Shown: positions 13,301-28,264, numbered from the stretch's first letter. The stretch is DNA of 64,000 nt from Octopus sinensis (GCF_006345805.1 NC_042999.1:69502001-69566000); one strand, 5' to 3'. Notes: generated from the sequence alone by a model not told the origin. Translations and numbers: made by a program.

Positions 13301-16300
13301 ATGTAAAGACAGATGAAATACTGCTGAGCATTTCGTCTGGCGTGCTAACGATTCTGCCAGCTCACCACCTTTGCCCTTTTGATGTTTGATACTATTTTTC
13401 CTCAATGTTTGTTTCTTGCAGCCAACAGTTACTTAATCATTTAGCTTTTAAACTGGCCATATGCCCACAGGCATATGGCGCAGTGGTTAAGAGTACAGGC
13501 TACTAGTCTCAAGAATGTGAGTTTGATTCCAGGCAGTGACCTAAATAATAATAATAATAATAACACCGAAAAACACCTTAGGAATGAGAACCCAGGTTCG
13601 AAATTGCCCCAGGACACCTGATAAAGGCTGGAGGGTATATCAGCCAAAACGTGTTAACAACAAACAAGATCATCATCATCATCATCATCATTATTGTTTA
13701 ACGTCTGCTTTCCATGCCGGCATGGGACGGACGGTTTGACTGAGGACTGGTGAACCAGAAGGCTGCACTAGTCTCCAATGTGATGTGGTAAAGTTTCTAC
13801 AGCTGGATGCCCTTCTTAATGCCAACCACTCCGACAGTGTAGTGGGTGCCTTTACATACAACTGGTACAAGGCCTAGTCAGGCGTTACTGGCATTGACCA
13901 TGCTCAAATGGTGCTTTTTATGTGCCACCTGCACAGGAGCCAGTCTGGCGGCACTGGTAACGACCACGCACAGAGCCAGTAGCAGTGGCATGAGTAACAG
14001 GCTATATACTGTGTTGATGAGGTCCAATAGATTGAAACATGTCTATAGTTGTTGTTCCTTGTCATTGAACAAGGACCAGATTTCCTTCCCTCTAAATTAA
14101 CAGAGCCCTGGAGGACAAATATTCGTCAAATGTAAATAATGTAAATAATGGCCATATCCTGTCCAAATATTCATCATCCTCATCATCGCTTAACGTCCGT
14201 TTTCCATGCTAGCATGGGTCTGTTTTATAATTAAAAGATTAAAGATGGTAGCAGTGTGGGGGGGGGGTCATCCCTGCCTCATAATCTCCCTCCCACCAGA
14301 TGAAGCTCCATCCTTTGAGATTCCATTTGTGTTGCTGCTTGTATTACATAAAATCTGAAGATTCAGAATTTTTCTTGGGAAAAGATACAACAGTAGTTTC
14401 CACAGCTATAGGGCCTATTTAACTTTTAGGCAGAGAGAACCTTTCAGGATTGATAAAAATAAGTGTCAGTTAACCAGTAAGGTCAATGTAATCGACTTAG
14501 CCTTTCTCTTGAATTTGCTGACCTTGTGGCAAAATTTGAAATTATTATTGTATGTAAGGACAAAACTGTATCGGCCATTTACAGACAATAACAGCAATAA
14601 TGCTTTTCTAATCTAGGCACAAGGACTGAACTTTTGGGGGAAAGGGGCAGTCGATTAGATCGACCCCACTACACAATTGGTACTTAATTTATCGACCCCG
14701 AAAGGATGAAAGGCAAAGTCGACCTCGGCGGGATTTGAACTCAGAATGTAAAGACAGACGAAATACTGCTAAGCATTTCGCCCGGTGTTCTAACGTTTCT
14801 GCCAGCTCGCTACCTTTAAAATATTCTTTTCTACTTTAGGCATAAGGCCTGAAATTTTATAGGAGGGGGCCAGTCGGTTAGATTGACCCCAGTACACAAC
14901 TGGTACTTAATTTATTGACCCCGAAAGGATGAAAGGCAAAGCCGACCTCAGTGGAATTTGAACTCAGAATGTAAAGACAGACAAAATGCTGCTAAGCATT
15001 TCGCCCAGCATGCTAACGTTTCTGCCAGCTTGCCGCCTTAACAACAGCAATAATTACATATAGGAAGAGAGATACTGTTTGGATTTTATGGCAAGCTGTT
15101 GATAGGGCAATCTGTTGTGCACATGTGGTTATGACGCATATGCCTGGTATACTTTATCAGACAGGTAGTCATGATGAGTATACTGGGCTTCATATATTTT
15201 ACCCCAGTGTCACTTTGATGGCATGCACTGCTCCCTCACTCAATAATAATAATAATAATACACACACACATATATAGGTAAGTAGGTAGGTAGGTAGGCA
15301 GGCAGGCAAGTAGATAGATAGATAGATGACCTCTTGCTAGATAAATCTGGGTCTTTCTATGTGTCTCTCTGTTGTGTTTCTTCCCCCACCTCTCTCTGCT
15401 TTAATTCTGTTCTTTCACACACACACCCTATTATACACAATAATAACAATACTCAACTGCTAACTTTCCCAGCACCACCACAACCAACCACACCTATTTT
15501 TTTATTTCAACTTTCAATCACAATAAGAAAGAAAATGAATTTTTACAAATTTACACTAAAGAAACCAAAATACTTCATTTAATACAAAAGGAACCAATCA
15601 GAAGTTTACCTGTATTTTTATCTATAACACAAGTATGATCTGACTCTTACCAATATTACACACCTTTGTTCTGGACACAATACAACCAACAACTTCTCCA
15701 GTATTCTCACACTCCACCATACCTAGCTTGCCATGTCATTCTAATCAATGATGGACCTCGAAAGAGTCACTTTCATTACATTCAAAACACTGTGCTCCAA
15801 AGTTAATTCCAATCTTTTACCAAATCCTTCACACTTCCTTTCTCTGGAACAATCCCTCCTGTCATCCTCTCTTCCTACATCTCAGTGACCATTGTTAGAC
15901 ATTTTAGGGAGCAATATATGATGGAAAATTCTCTTACATGACACACTCACACACCAAAGTTCACTAAAAAAAATGTTGCATTTGATATTAGCAAATATAC
16001 CAACCGGGTTTGACATGAAAGCCTTCATCATCATCATCTGTGGTCAGTGCCCCCTGACTGGCTCCCGTGCCAGTGGAAAGTTAAAAGCACCATCCAAACA
16101 TGGCTGATGCCAGTAACCCCTGACTGGCCCCCATGCCAGTGGCACATAATAAGCACTATTCAAATGTGATTGATGCTAGGCCCACCTGACTGGCTCCTGT
16201 GCCAGTGGCATGTAAAAAGCATCCACTACACTCTCGGAGTTGCTGGCGTTAGGAAGGGCATCTCGCTGTAGAAACATTGTCAGATCAGATTGCAACCTGG

Positions 16301-18790
16301 TGCAGCTGCTGGCTCTCCAGATCTCAGTCAAACCGTCCAACCCATGCCAGCAAGGAAAGCAGACGTTAAACGATGATGATGATGATGTCCATGGGCTGGA
16401 TGGGTTGACCAGGGCTGGTAAGGTGGAAGGCTCCAGTCTGATTTGGCATGGTTTTCTACAGCTGGATGCCTTTCCTAACACCAACCACTCTAAGAGTGTA
16501 GTGGGAGTTTTTACATGCACTGGCACAGGTGCCATTTCATGACACTGGTATCTGCCACAACTGCCACATAATGCCAAAAGTCTCAGTCATTGCCTCCATG
16601 AGGCCCAACACTTGAAAGGAATTGGCCCTCAAGCTATTAATCCACATTTGTCTCTCAACTCTTGTTGCCCACTATCCTTTAACCTTTATCTTTTTATCTT
16701 TTACTTGTTTCAGTCATTAGACTGTGGCCATGCTGGGGCACTACCTCAAAGAATTTTTTGTTGAATGGATCGATCCTAGTACTTTTTTTTAAGCCTGATA
16801 CTTATTCTATCAGTCTCTTTTGCTGAACTGCTAAGTTACAGCGATGTCAACACACCAACACTGGTTGCCAAGCAATGGTGGGGGACAAACACAGACAACA
16901 CACACATATGCACACACATACAAACACACAAACACACACATGACAGGCTTCTTTCAGTTTCCACCTACTAAATCCACTCACAAGGTTTTGGTTGACCCAA
17001 GGATACAATACAAGACACTTGCAGTGGAACTGAACCCAGAACCATGTGGTTAGGAAGTAAGCTTCTTACCACACATCCAAGCCTAATAGACAGCACATGT
17101 CTTTCTTGTAGCCAAGTTCTTACTAATGACTTAAATCTGTTTCTCACCTTTTCAATCAGAGGTTTTCTGTCATCCAATTCTATATGCTGACAATGCTCCC
17201 TCTCTCTCTCTCTCTCTCTTGCTATCAACTTTGATACACTACAAGGTTCGGTTAAGTTTCCCACACTCTTCTCTACGCCAATGACCCACTTGCTCTTACT
17301 TCTAACAACATTCATTCCTATGCAGACAACACAGTCCTCCTGTACCTTCTGCACCTTTTGAGTCATCCATACAGAACCTTAGCACTTTATGCATGACATA
17401 TAGCAACACCATGGACAAAGATCTTTAAGAGCCACCTTTGATTTATGCATGACATACACTTGATGCCATAGACAGAGACCTTTGACGCAGATCCAAAGAC
17501 ACAATTAATATAATACATCAAGGAATCACATTTGTACCACACCCATTACACACAAGTACAGACAAATAAACAAAAGGTTCAAAACCACCAACAAATGTTT
17601 CACCATTCAACCTTTGGTGACCTCAAAGCAACCTCACACATATAGGATTCTCAAAACTGTTTCACAGCAGCTAGGTTTCTGCTTCTTTTATCTTTTTTTA
17701 CTTTTGCTTGTTTTAGCCATTAGACTGCGGCCATGCTGGGACACTGCCTTCAAGATTTTTTATCAAATGAATCCAACCCAGTAATTTTTTTTAAGCCTGG
17801 TTCTTCAGTCTCTTTTGCAGGACCACTAGGTTATGAGGATGTAAACATACTGACACACACACCAACATACACACACACACACATGCAATGGGATTCTTTC
17901 AGTTTCTGTCTACCAAATCCACTCACAAGACTTTGTTCGGCCCGAGGCTATAGTAGAAGACGCTTGCCCAAGGTGCCACGCAATGCGACTGAACCCCGAA
18001 GTATAAGACACTTGGCCAAAGTGCCATGCAGTGGGACTGAACCCCGGACCTTGTGGTTGGGAAGCAAGCTTCTTACCACACAGCCATACCTGCATTTAGT
18101 TACAAACTTATAAACAAAATATGATAATTAGATTTAATAAGAACCACTGTAATGACTGAGACAGCATAACTCAATAGCACTCCCAGAATTCTGTTTATAT
18201 TCTACAGAGAACTATCAACTCAATTGATCCAATAACTAAAGCAATCATAGACACAGGTGTGGCTGTGTGGTAAATAGTTAGCTTCCCAACCACATGGTTC
18301 CAGGTTCAGGCCCATTGTGTGACACCTTGAGTAAGTGTCTTCTACTATAACCTCAGCCTTGTGTGTTGATTTGGTAGAGAGAAACTGAAAGAAGCCTGTT
18401 CTTTATAAATATGGGGGTGGAGTGGGTATTTGTCCCCCCACTGCCACTTGACAGCTGGTGTTAGTTTGTCTACATCCTCTGTAACTAGTAGTTCAGCAAA
18501 AGAGACTGATAGAATAAGTTCCAAACTTTAAAAGAAAGTATTGTGGTCAATTCATTTGACTAAGAATTCTTCAAGGCGGTGCCCCAGCATGGCCACACTC
18601 TAATGACTGAAACGTGAATCAAGAGACAACGTGCAGTATGTCTTAGATACGAGGAGGTGCTGGAAAGTTCCTGGCTTTAAGAGTATTGAATTAGGTGCAT
18701 ATTTTGCCATAAAAGGAAAATGTTGCTATCAATCAATTTTATCCAAGGTAGGCACTGCCTACCTTGCCTAACTAGATGGCATGTCCCTGG

Positions 18791-18836
<46 letters not shown>

Positions 18837-19250
18837 CATACAATGGGCTTCTTTCAGTTTCTGCCCACCAATTCCACTCACAAGGCTTTGGTCAATCTGA
18901 GGTTAAAATGCAAACAATTACTTAAAGTTCTGCATAATGGAACTGAACCTGAGATCACATGGTTAGGAAGTGTCTATACCTAGGTTGCATAGACATACTG
19001 TTTGTTATTCACACTATCAGAAGTGAACGAATGACTGGCCTTGCTGTAAACCTGTCAATTAATCATGGTTTTATTTCCAAAACTAAATATATAGCTAAAA
19101 ATGAATTGCTTTATATTTTTCATAAATGTCTATGTGGTTAAGAAGCTTACTTTGCCACCAAGTGGCTTTGGGTTCAATCCTACTTCATGGCAATAGCCCC
19201 AAGTTGACCAATGTCTTGTGAGACAAGGGGACTATGTGGAAGCCCTTTGT

Positions 19251-19330
<80 letters not shown>

Positions 19331-22300
19331 TTAAAAATGTGTCTGCGTCTTTGCGTTTGTGTATGTCCCTCTCCACCCTAGCTTGACAATCAGTGTTGGT
19401 TTGTTTATGTCCCCATAACTTAGAGATGCAGCCCAAGAAATCGAAAGCATCAGGCCAAGGTCAATTTGTCCAAGTAAGCCCTTCAAGGTAGAACCCCCAA
19501 CATGACCTCAGACCAATGGCTAAAACAAGTAAAAGAGAAAAAAAATGAAACATTTTACTTACATTTGAATTTCACATTTCTATGAAGTGACTGGGCCCCG
19601 TTCCAATATTTATCAACAAAATCCATAATCTTGAGAAGTAATCGATCTACACTGGGGCCATCAGAGGTTTTTGAAGCTTCAGATCCTTCACAAGAGATCA
19701 TAGTTGATGAAGAAGACTGAGTTTAAGAGAAATATTTATACAGACTTTTGTTAATATTTACATGGCATCAATAATAAATAATATATTTATACATTATTTA
19801 TATTATATATATGTGTGCGTGTGTGTGTAAGTAACCTCTATAATACCTATATAAATAAGGTAAATAAAGCTATTTCTCTGTAGAATGGAAAAAAAATGTC
19901 AGATTCTCATCAGAAGCGTCTACATTAATTCTACCAATCCCAGAGAAACAAGCAACCGATCTGATTATATATTCAACAATAGGCACAGAAAACTACTGCT
20001 ACTAATTTACATAACATGTCAACACTTTATTTTTAAATATCAGAGGACTGTCAATGGAGATCTCAGTCCACATAGTATCGAGGTATGATGGCCTCACAGA
20101 GGTGAGGTGGCTGAGTTCCTTTCAAGCGTTGGTCCTCATGAAGGCAAAGTGGCCAAGCTCCATTCAAATGTTGGGTCTCACAGAGGCAATGACCAACACC
20201 TTTGGCATTATGCTGTGCTTGCGAAGAAGACCCGTCAAGTTGAGCAAAATCGCAGTCATGGCAGATACTGGTGTCACACAAATGGCACCCATGCAGGGGG
20301 CATGTAAAAGCACCCACTACACTGTTGGAGGGGTTGGCGTTAGGAAGGACATCCACCTGTAGGAAACCATGCCAAATCAGACTGGATCCTGGTGCAGCCT
20401 TCCAGCGTGCCAGCCCTGGTCAAACCATCCAACTCATGCCAGCATGGACAACAGACACTAAATGATGATGATGATGATACTGATGAACCTATATAGTATG
20501 TATATAAACAAGGATAATTAAGCTATACACACACACATACACATATGACAGGCTTCTTTCAGTTCCTATCTACTAAATCCACTCAAAGGGCTATTGTCAG
20601 CCCAGGGTTATAGTAATAGATACTTGCTTGTTCATTCAGTGGGACTGAACCACAATTTCTTAATTACACAACCACACCCACACCAACCATTGTTGATAAA
20701 AAACTTCCCTTTCAGTGTAAAGAAATGTTAGTTCTGAGAGAGCAAAACATGAAATCAGAAAATACTTGAATAGTATGAAGGAGGTGTTTTATGAACTCAG
20801 TGACCTTCTGTTAAGAGTGTTTTTACAGAATGCTCAGCTAGTGCTATTGTAAAGGTGGGAAGAATGTGTGTGTGTGTAAAATGCATATAATAGATCTAGC
20901 AATAAACTAGGAGCCACAGTCTGTCAAATAAAGTACTAAAGTTGGGGTTAGTTAATAATAATAGTAATAATAATAGCCCAGCTGGCAACAAGGTATGCGA
21001 AAAGGGCATTTGTTTTGCTTGGGTGAGTTTGTTTTGCTTGTTTGTTTAAAGCTCATCCAAGAGAAATTGAGAAATGGCCTTTGAAGTTTTAACTATTACA
21101 TTATTACATAATGTTGTGGTGGACGCCCCCAGGTGAAAAATAGGCTGGTCCACTACTAATAAATAGTGGACTGATGCAGTCAGTAATGTCAGTCAGTGAG
21201 GTACAATATTTAGAGCCAGTCCTGCAGGGACGACGAAATATGTCATCATAATGCGGTACATAACACATAATAATAAAAATAATAATAATATTAATAATAA
21301 TAATGATAGTAATAATAATAATAGCCCAGCTGACAACAAGGTATGCAATAAGGAAGAAAGAAAAGTTGAGAGATATGACAGGTTAGCTTGGGAAGTTAAG
21401 CAGTTGTGGTCGATGAAAAAGGTAGCAGTAGTACCAATAATTGTCGGAGCCCTGGAAACACTGAACAAAAATCTTGAGAAATACGTTGAACAAATAGGGG
21501 CTGCAATAAGGGTGGAGCACTTGCAGAAAACAGCACTGCTTTGAACAGCTTGAATACTCCGGAATGTGCTCAAAAAATAAGAGGTGTTACCATAGTTCAC
21601 TGGTAGTGAACAGCTGACACCGTAGTACATCTCCAGTGTTAGAAGCTGTGCACAGACAATTATAATAATATTTTATAAAGATTGATGTAATTCTTCATAA
21701 AGGTAAATAGACAATAAGAAGAGCATGATGTAATTTGTAATAGATTGTCTTTTCAAAAGTTTGAACAATATTTCGACAGATTGTCTGCCTTCTTTAAGTT
21801 CAAGATGTAAAATGTAAACAACTGCAGAATCAGGGAAATTCAAAACATAAACAAAGAAATCCTGCATTCCTATTTTGATAGAATAACATCATCAGCTTTC
21901 AATTTTATAACTGGTAAAAGGAAAAAGAAAGAAAAAAGAAAAAAAAGAATATTTAGTCAAACTGTTTTGTGTCATTTTATTCATTCCTCCATGGCATGAT
22001 GTTAGTAATTCACCAATGTATTTCTCCTCATGCATTTTCAGGATTGAAAGTGTAGTTAGATTCAAAATATTTTCTGAGAATGTGCACTTTGAGGTGTTCC
22101 TCAAAACTGCAGCCAGTTGATATAAAGTGTTCGGCAAGTTCTGTCGGACTACTGCTGTTGTGCCTTTGGTTTAATTGTTCTTATTTCTTTACTGCCCACA
22201 AGGGGCAACACACAGAGGGGACAAACAAGGACAGACAGAGGGATTAAGTCGATTATATTGACCCTAGTACACAACTGGTACTTATTTAATCGACCCTGAA

Positions 22301-25300
22301 AGGATGAAAGGCAAAGTCGACCTCGGCGGAATTTGAACTCGGAACATAGCAGCAGACAAAATACTGCTAAGCATTTCACCCGACATGCTAATGATTCTGC
22401 CAGCTCACGCCTTCACCTTTGGTTTAATTGTTCTATTGTACAACCAACATAAATCAAGTTCTGTTTGGTGCGTTCTGCTGCGTACACCAAATGGGAATCT
22501 CCACACATCCCACATTCTGTTATGATTCCTAATGGAACTGACTTGACTCATGTTGTTGCACAATGAACAGGGATTGCCTCTCTTGTGGTTGTTTTTCAAG
22601 GTATACCATTCAGAAACTCCAGTAGTAGTTTCTTGGAGTTAGATGTAGTGATTAATATTTCTCTTATATTTTCATTCCATCTAAGAACTACAATAGATGG
22701 CTGAGGGAATATTTGTTTAAAACAAGGACATTTTTCTGCAATATGCTAATAACTTTCATGTAACACTTTTAAAATGCCAGCAAAATTTTGGTGCCAGTTA
22801 ATCACTAAAGGAATTCTATTACAAATTTTACTTAGGTTGCTAAAATTATGCATGGAAGTTTGGTCTTCTTCCTTGCTAATTTTAGCTAAATCATTTGTGA
22901 TTACCTTTAATAGGTACAATTTATAAATGAACCCACCTACCCTTTTATGTACTGTCACCTTATTTCTTTATTGCCCACAAGGGGCTAAACATAGAGGGGA
23001 CAAACAAAGGGATTAAGTCAATTACATCAACTCCAGTGCGTGACTGGTACTTAATTTATTGAACCCAAAAGGATGAAAGGCAAAGTCAACCTCGGCGGAA
23101 TTTGAACTCAGAACATAATGGCAGATGAAATACCACTAAGTCACCTATTGCAGCTTCACCATATATCACGCCTGCGTTTACATCTAATGCTATTTCTAAC
23201 CATCTTTCACATTCTCACAAAACCTATTCATCCACTCATCCTTGACCCCCCCCTCTATTTCCTCTTTTATCCCACCTTCTTGTACTTTGAGTGTATGCCC
23301 AGGCACTGCATCTCTCTTTCTCCATTCTTTCTCCCTTTCATTATTATGTTTTTGTTCCAATTAATTTTGGTAATAATGTAGAATTTAGTAAAATAACTTT
23401 GTTATAATCAAGCTGGTGTTTAGAACATAAATTAACATGAACTTTTGATGGAAGGTTTTAATTTAGATCTCTATAAAACAAGGAATCTGTATCATAGAAC
23501 CATGGGTGGTTTCATGCAAGTTGGTACCAAAAAAGGGTTAAACAATTATAAAACATAAAAGAAGTCATTCCTAAATTTTGCAATTAGTTGAAAAGAAACT
23601 TTAACAACATCATAGCAAATAAATTCATATTGAGAACAACAAAATTTGTTGTCACCAACATACTTTTAATGCCTGAGAAGAGGAATGCATATACTTTAGA
23701 TGTTGCTGTTGTTGTTCTTGTTGTTGGTGTTGCTGGTGGTTCTGACGGTTCTGATGGTCAGTGTTTTGCTGCTGTTGCAACACTAATGGTTCTTTTGGTT
23801 GGTGCAATCCATTATCAGCAGTGTGTCCTTTAGATATAAACAATATAATCATGAAAGAAAAACTGCAACAGATTTTCTTTGATTCAATTTGCAAAAGAAC
23901 AAACAAGATCTAAACAATGCCACTATTTTGTGCTTTAGTGTCTTTAGCCAAAGTCACCCTAGTACCAGTAACTGAATTAGGTCCATGTTATTTTCATAAG
24001 CTACTTCTAATTGCTCCTACCCTTTGAATAGTGCCGTTGCCAAACAATTCAAATAATAAGATTCCCCATCAGAAACTCCCTCGATGTATCACGCAGTTCT
24101 TAAGTCCTAAGGGTGTTTCTATGTTTTACACAGCCTTTCAAGTCCTGAAGGATGTCTTTACTAAGTATGTAATAGTACGGCATGCACTGTAACTACACAC
24201 TGCTGCATCCACCATATGTTGGTGATTCCCAATTCCTGGCTGATGACCCCTTTGCACCCTCCTACCCCATTGGTCTGTTTGAGTAGTAATTGCTGGTGAG
24301 AGTTTTATGGGTTTGGAGTGTAAATCCTACCTCAACCTCTTTTAGTCGCCTTTTATGACATGCAGAGAAAACATTGGGTCCATTCTTTGACATGCTGGTC
24401 CAAAAACTGTGAAATAAAGTGTTTTGCTCAAGAACACAATAGACCACCTGGTTCGGGAAATTCCTGAACCCACAATCTGGCAATCATGTGTACAACATCC
24501 CAGTCACTAAGCCACATGCCTTCCCATATTTACAATCGTCATCATCATCATTGTCATCATTTAACGTCCGTTGTCCACACTGGTATGGGTTGGACAGTTT
24601 GACCAGGCTGGCAAGCTGGAATGCTGCACTAAATGCCACTCTGATTTGGCATGGTTTTCTACAGCTGGATTCCCTTCCTAATGTCAACCACTCCAAGAGT
24701 GTAGTGGGTGCTTTTACATGCCACCGGCACAAGTGCCATTTGTGTGACACCAGTATATGCCATGACTGCAATTTTGCTCAGCTTGATGGTTCTTCTTCCT
24801 AAGCACGACATAATGCCAAAGGTCTTGGTCATCATCTCCATGAGGCCCAATGCTCAAAATGTATGCATTACAAATTTGAGGGAGTTTTTGGTGACTTGTT
24901 TAAGAAAACACTTTGATAAAAGAGTTCCTTTGTCAGTGGGTTACTTGAAGTTGTTGATGTGAGGTGATGTACAGCAAGGTTGATGTTGTTGCACTGGTTC
25001 TAATTCTTTTCTTTTCTATAGTATTTTACTATTTGTTTAGCAGAAATAACAGCATAATCACCCTCAAATTACTCCTTGATATCCTAACACTAGAAAAACA
25101 ATGAAAATTTCAATTCTAAAAACAATGTACCAGAAAATATGACTGGTAAGTCATAGCTGGATTGTCATCCTAACAATGTTCTCCACTCACTTCTATGTAC
25201 CCTGTATCTTGAGGGTACACAAAACTTTATCACCACTATTTCTATCTCTTTCTAGCTCCAATCCAGTCTCCCTTCCTCCCCATCTACTCTCTTTCTCATC

Positions 25301-25760
25301 CATAATGTGAGTAGTCATGTAGTTCCACTACATCAAGAAACCTGTTCTGTTTTGGACCCTTCTCTCACATTTCAATCCCTTGTCCAATGGCATAAAAACC
25401 TCCTCCCTCTTTGCTGTAACCTAACTCGGTCAAAAGAGATTTTAGTCTTGGAGGAAAAAGAAGCACCTAGCACACTCTGTAGAATGACTGGCGTTAGAAA
25501 GGGCATCCAGTCATAGAAACCATGCCAAAGTAGATGTTGGTGCTTCCTAAAGTCTTTGGAACTGTTAAATCCATCAAATCATCCAACCCATGTCAGCAAG
25601 GAACATGGATGTTAAATGATGATGATAGTGATGATGATGACGATAACGATGACGATGATGGTGATGACAATGATGATGGTGGTGATGATGATGATGATGA
25701 TACTGGTGATGGTAATGAGGGTGATGATGACGATGATGATAGTGATGATGATGGTAGTGG

Positions 25761-25794
<34 letters not shown>

Positions 25795-27720
25795 AAATGA
25801 CCAGTTTTATTGAGGACTCACCTGGTTGTGGTGTAAAGGTCGAACGTCCAGTGTATTTAGAATAAGCTTCAACTTCTTCTTGGTGTGAAATTGGCACTGC
25901 AAATCTAATGAAATGCTATAATTAATATCAAATCAGTAAAAGTAATCTAAACTTTGATTTAAAATAAACTGTAAGTTCATGATGAAAATATGAAACAGCT
26001 TTATTCTTTTATTCGTTTCAGTCATTTGACTGCGGCCATGCTGGAATTGCAGCGATGTTGGAGGGACAAGCACAGACACACAAACATATACACACACATA
26101 CATATATATATGTATATATACGACAGGCTTCTTTCAGTTTCCGTCTACCAAATCCACTCACAAAGCTTTGGTCAGCCTGAAGCTATAGTAGAAGACACTT
26201 GCCCAAGGTGCCACACAGTGGGACTGAACCCAGAACCATGTGGCTGGTAAGCAAGCTTCTTACCACACAGCCACTCCTGCGCCTATACAGACTTTTTTTT
26301 TTATATAACCTCATTTTATTTTTATTAACAACATGTTTTTACAGGAAGAAAAGAAAGAAAAAGACATTAAAAGAATATCAAGAAAAAACCCCCACAACTA
26401 CCTCGCTAGAGAAACAAAGAAAAATCTTTTTAAAAAGTGGGGGTGTGAAGCAGCAGAAGATGTGGGGAGAGTAATAAATTATACACCCCAAACCAAATGG
26501 CAAGTTTAGACATGCCTTGCAGATATGATAGCAAAGGTATTGCCATGGAGAATGGCCAGCAACACTCGCTACACCCCACCTTGTGGGACTCATTTCTCAA
26601 ATAGGCCATAGTTATACCGATTTTGTGGAGGAAATCAGAAGTGCAGGATCCAAGACCATGTAGTACCAACAAACGGTAGCCGGCCAGGTTCCTGTATTTG
26701 TTTATTTTGCTCAATTAAAATTATCAAGAAATTAATTTTTACAAATTTAGCAGGGTGAAGGTGGTGGTGGTTGTTTATAGAATTCAAGACTATTAGACCG
26801 AATGCCCTACATCATCATCATCATTTAATGTCCATGCTGGCATGGGTTGGACAATTTGACTAGGGCTGGTAAGCTGGAAGGCTGCACCAGACTCCAGTCT
26901 GATTTGACATGATTTTCTACAGCTGGATGCCAACCACTTTGAGAGTGCAATGGTTGCTTTTACATGCCACTGGCACGGTTGCCATTTGCATACCAGTATC
27001 TGCCATGACTGTTATTTTGCTCAGCTCGATGGATCTTTTTCTCAAGAACGACATAATGCCAAAGGTCTCAGTCATTGCCTCCATGAGGCTCAACATTCAA
27101 AAGGAACTCAGCCACTTTGCCTCCCTAATGCTCATAAGGAACTCTTTACATGTCACTGGCACAGGTGCCAGTTATGTGACACCAACATCAGCCTACAGTG
27201 TTTAGTTATGGTCATTTATGTTTTGTGTTCAATTTCCACAAGGGTTAACTTTATATTTCAACATTGCAGGTTCAATAAAATATAGATCCAAACAAACCCT
27301 TATCATCAACTGTTTCCTTCCCAACAAAATCTTGACATTTTCTGAGCAGGCATAGCTATGTGGTTAAGATGCTTGCTTCCTAACCACATGGTTCTGGATT
27401 CAGTCCCATCGTGTGGCATCTTGGATAAGTGTCTTTCACTATAACCCCAGGCTGATCAAAGCCTGTAAGAAGCCCATCGAATATATATTCTTTTATTCTC
27501 TCACTTGTTTCAGTCATTTGACTGCAGCTATGCTGGAGCACCACTTTTAGTCGAGCAAATCTGCCCCAGAACTTATTCTTTGTAAGCCTAGTACTTATTC
27601 TATCGGTCTCTTTTACTGAACTACTAAGTTAAGTGGTCATAAACACACCATCATCAGTTGTCAAGAGATGGTGTGGGGACAAACATAGACACACAAACAT
27701 ATACATACATACATACATAC

Positions 27721-27770
<50 letters not shown>

Positions 27771-28224
27771 GATGGGCTTCTTTCAGTTTCTGTCTACCAA
27801 ATCCACTCACATGGTTTTGGTCAGCTCAAGGCTATAGTGCTTCTTTCAGTTTCCGTCTACCAAACACACTCACAAAGTTTTGGTCAGCCTGAGGCTATAG
27901 TAGAAGACACTTGCCCAAGGTGCCATGCAATGGGACTGAACCTGGAACCATGTGGTTGGTAAGCAACCTACTTACCATACAGCCACTCCTGCACCTATAT
28001 ATATATATATCTTTTATTTTTTATCTTTTATTTATTTTATTTCTTAGCCTGCGGTCATGCTAGGGCACTGCTTTAAGGAAGTTTTAATTAAATGAATCTA
28101 CCCAAAAAAACTCTTTTCTTAAAAGCCTGGTATTTATTCTATCGGTTTCTTTTGCCAAACTACTAAGTTACAAGGACATAAATACACCAACACCAGTTGT
28201 CACGTGGTGGTGGTGGGGGGGGGG

Positions 28225-28264
<40 letters not shown>

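Noticed and set aside
22607-22680. Exon-like segment WNENIREIL...LEFLN
   Set aside because: Needs phase 2 but the upstream exon ends in phase 0; the conserved DKYWNG motif is in 19563-19716, which splices in frame.
25534-25897. Poly-Asp, poly-His and poly-Met ORFs
   Set aside because: Frames of the (GAT)n RTE tail; only 25822-25904 is a real exon.
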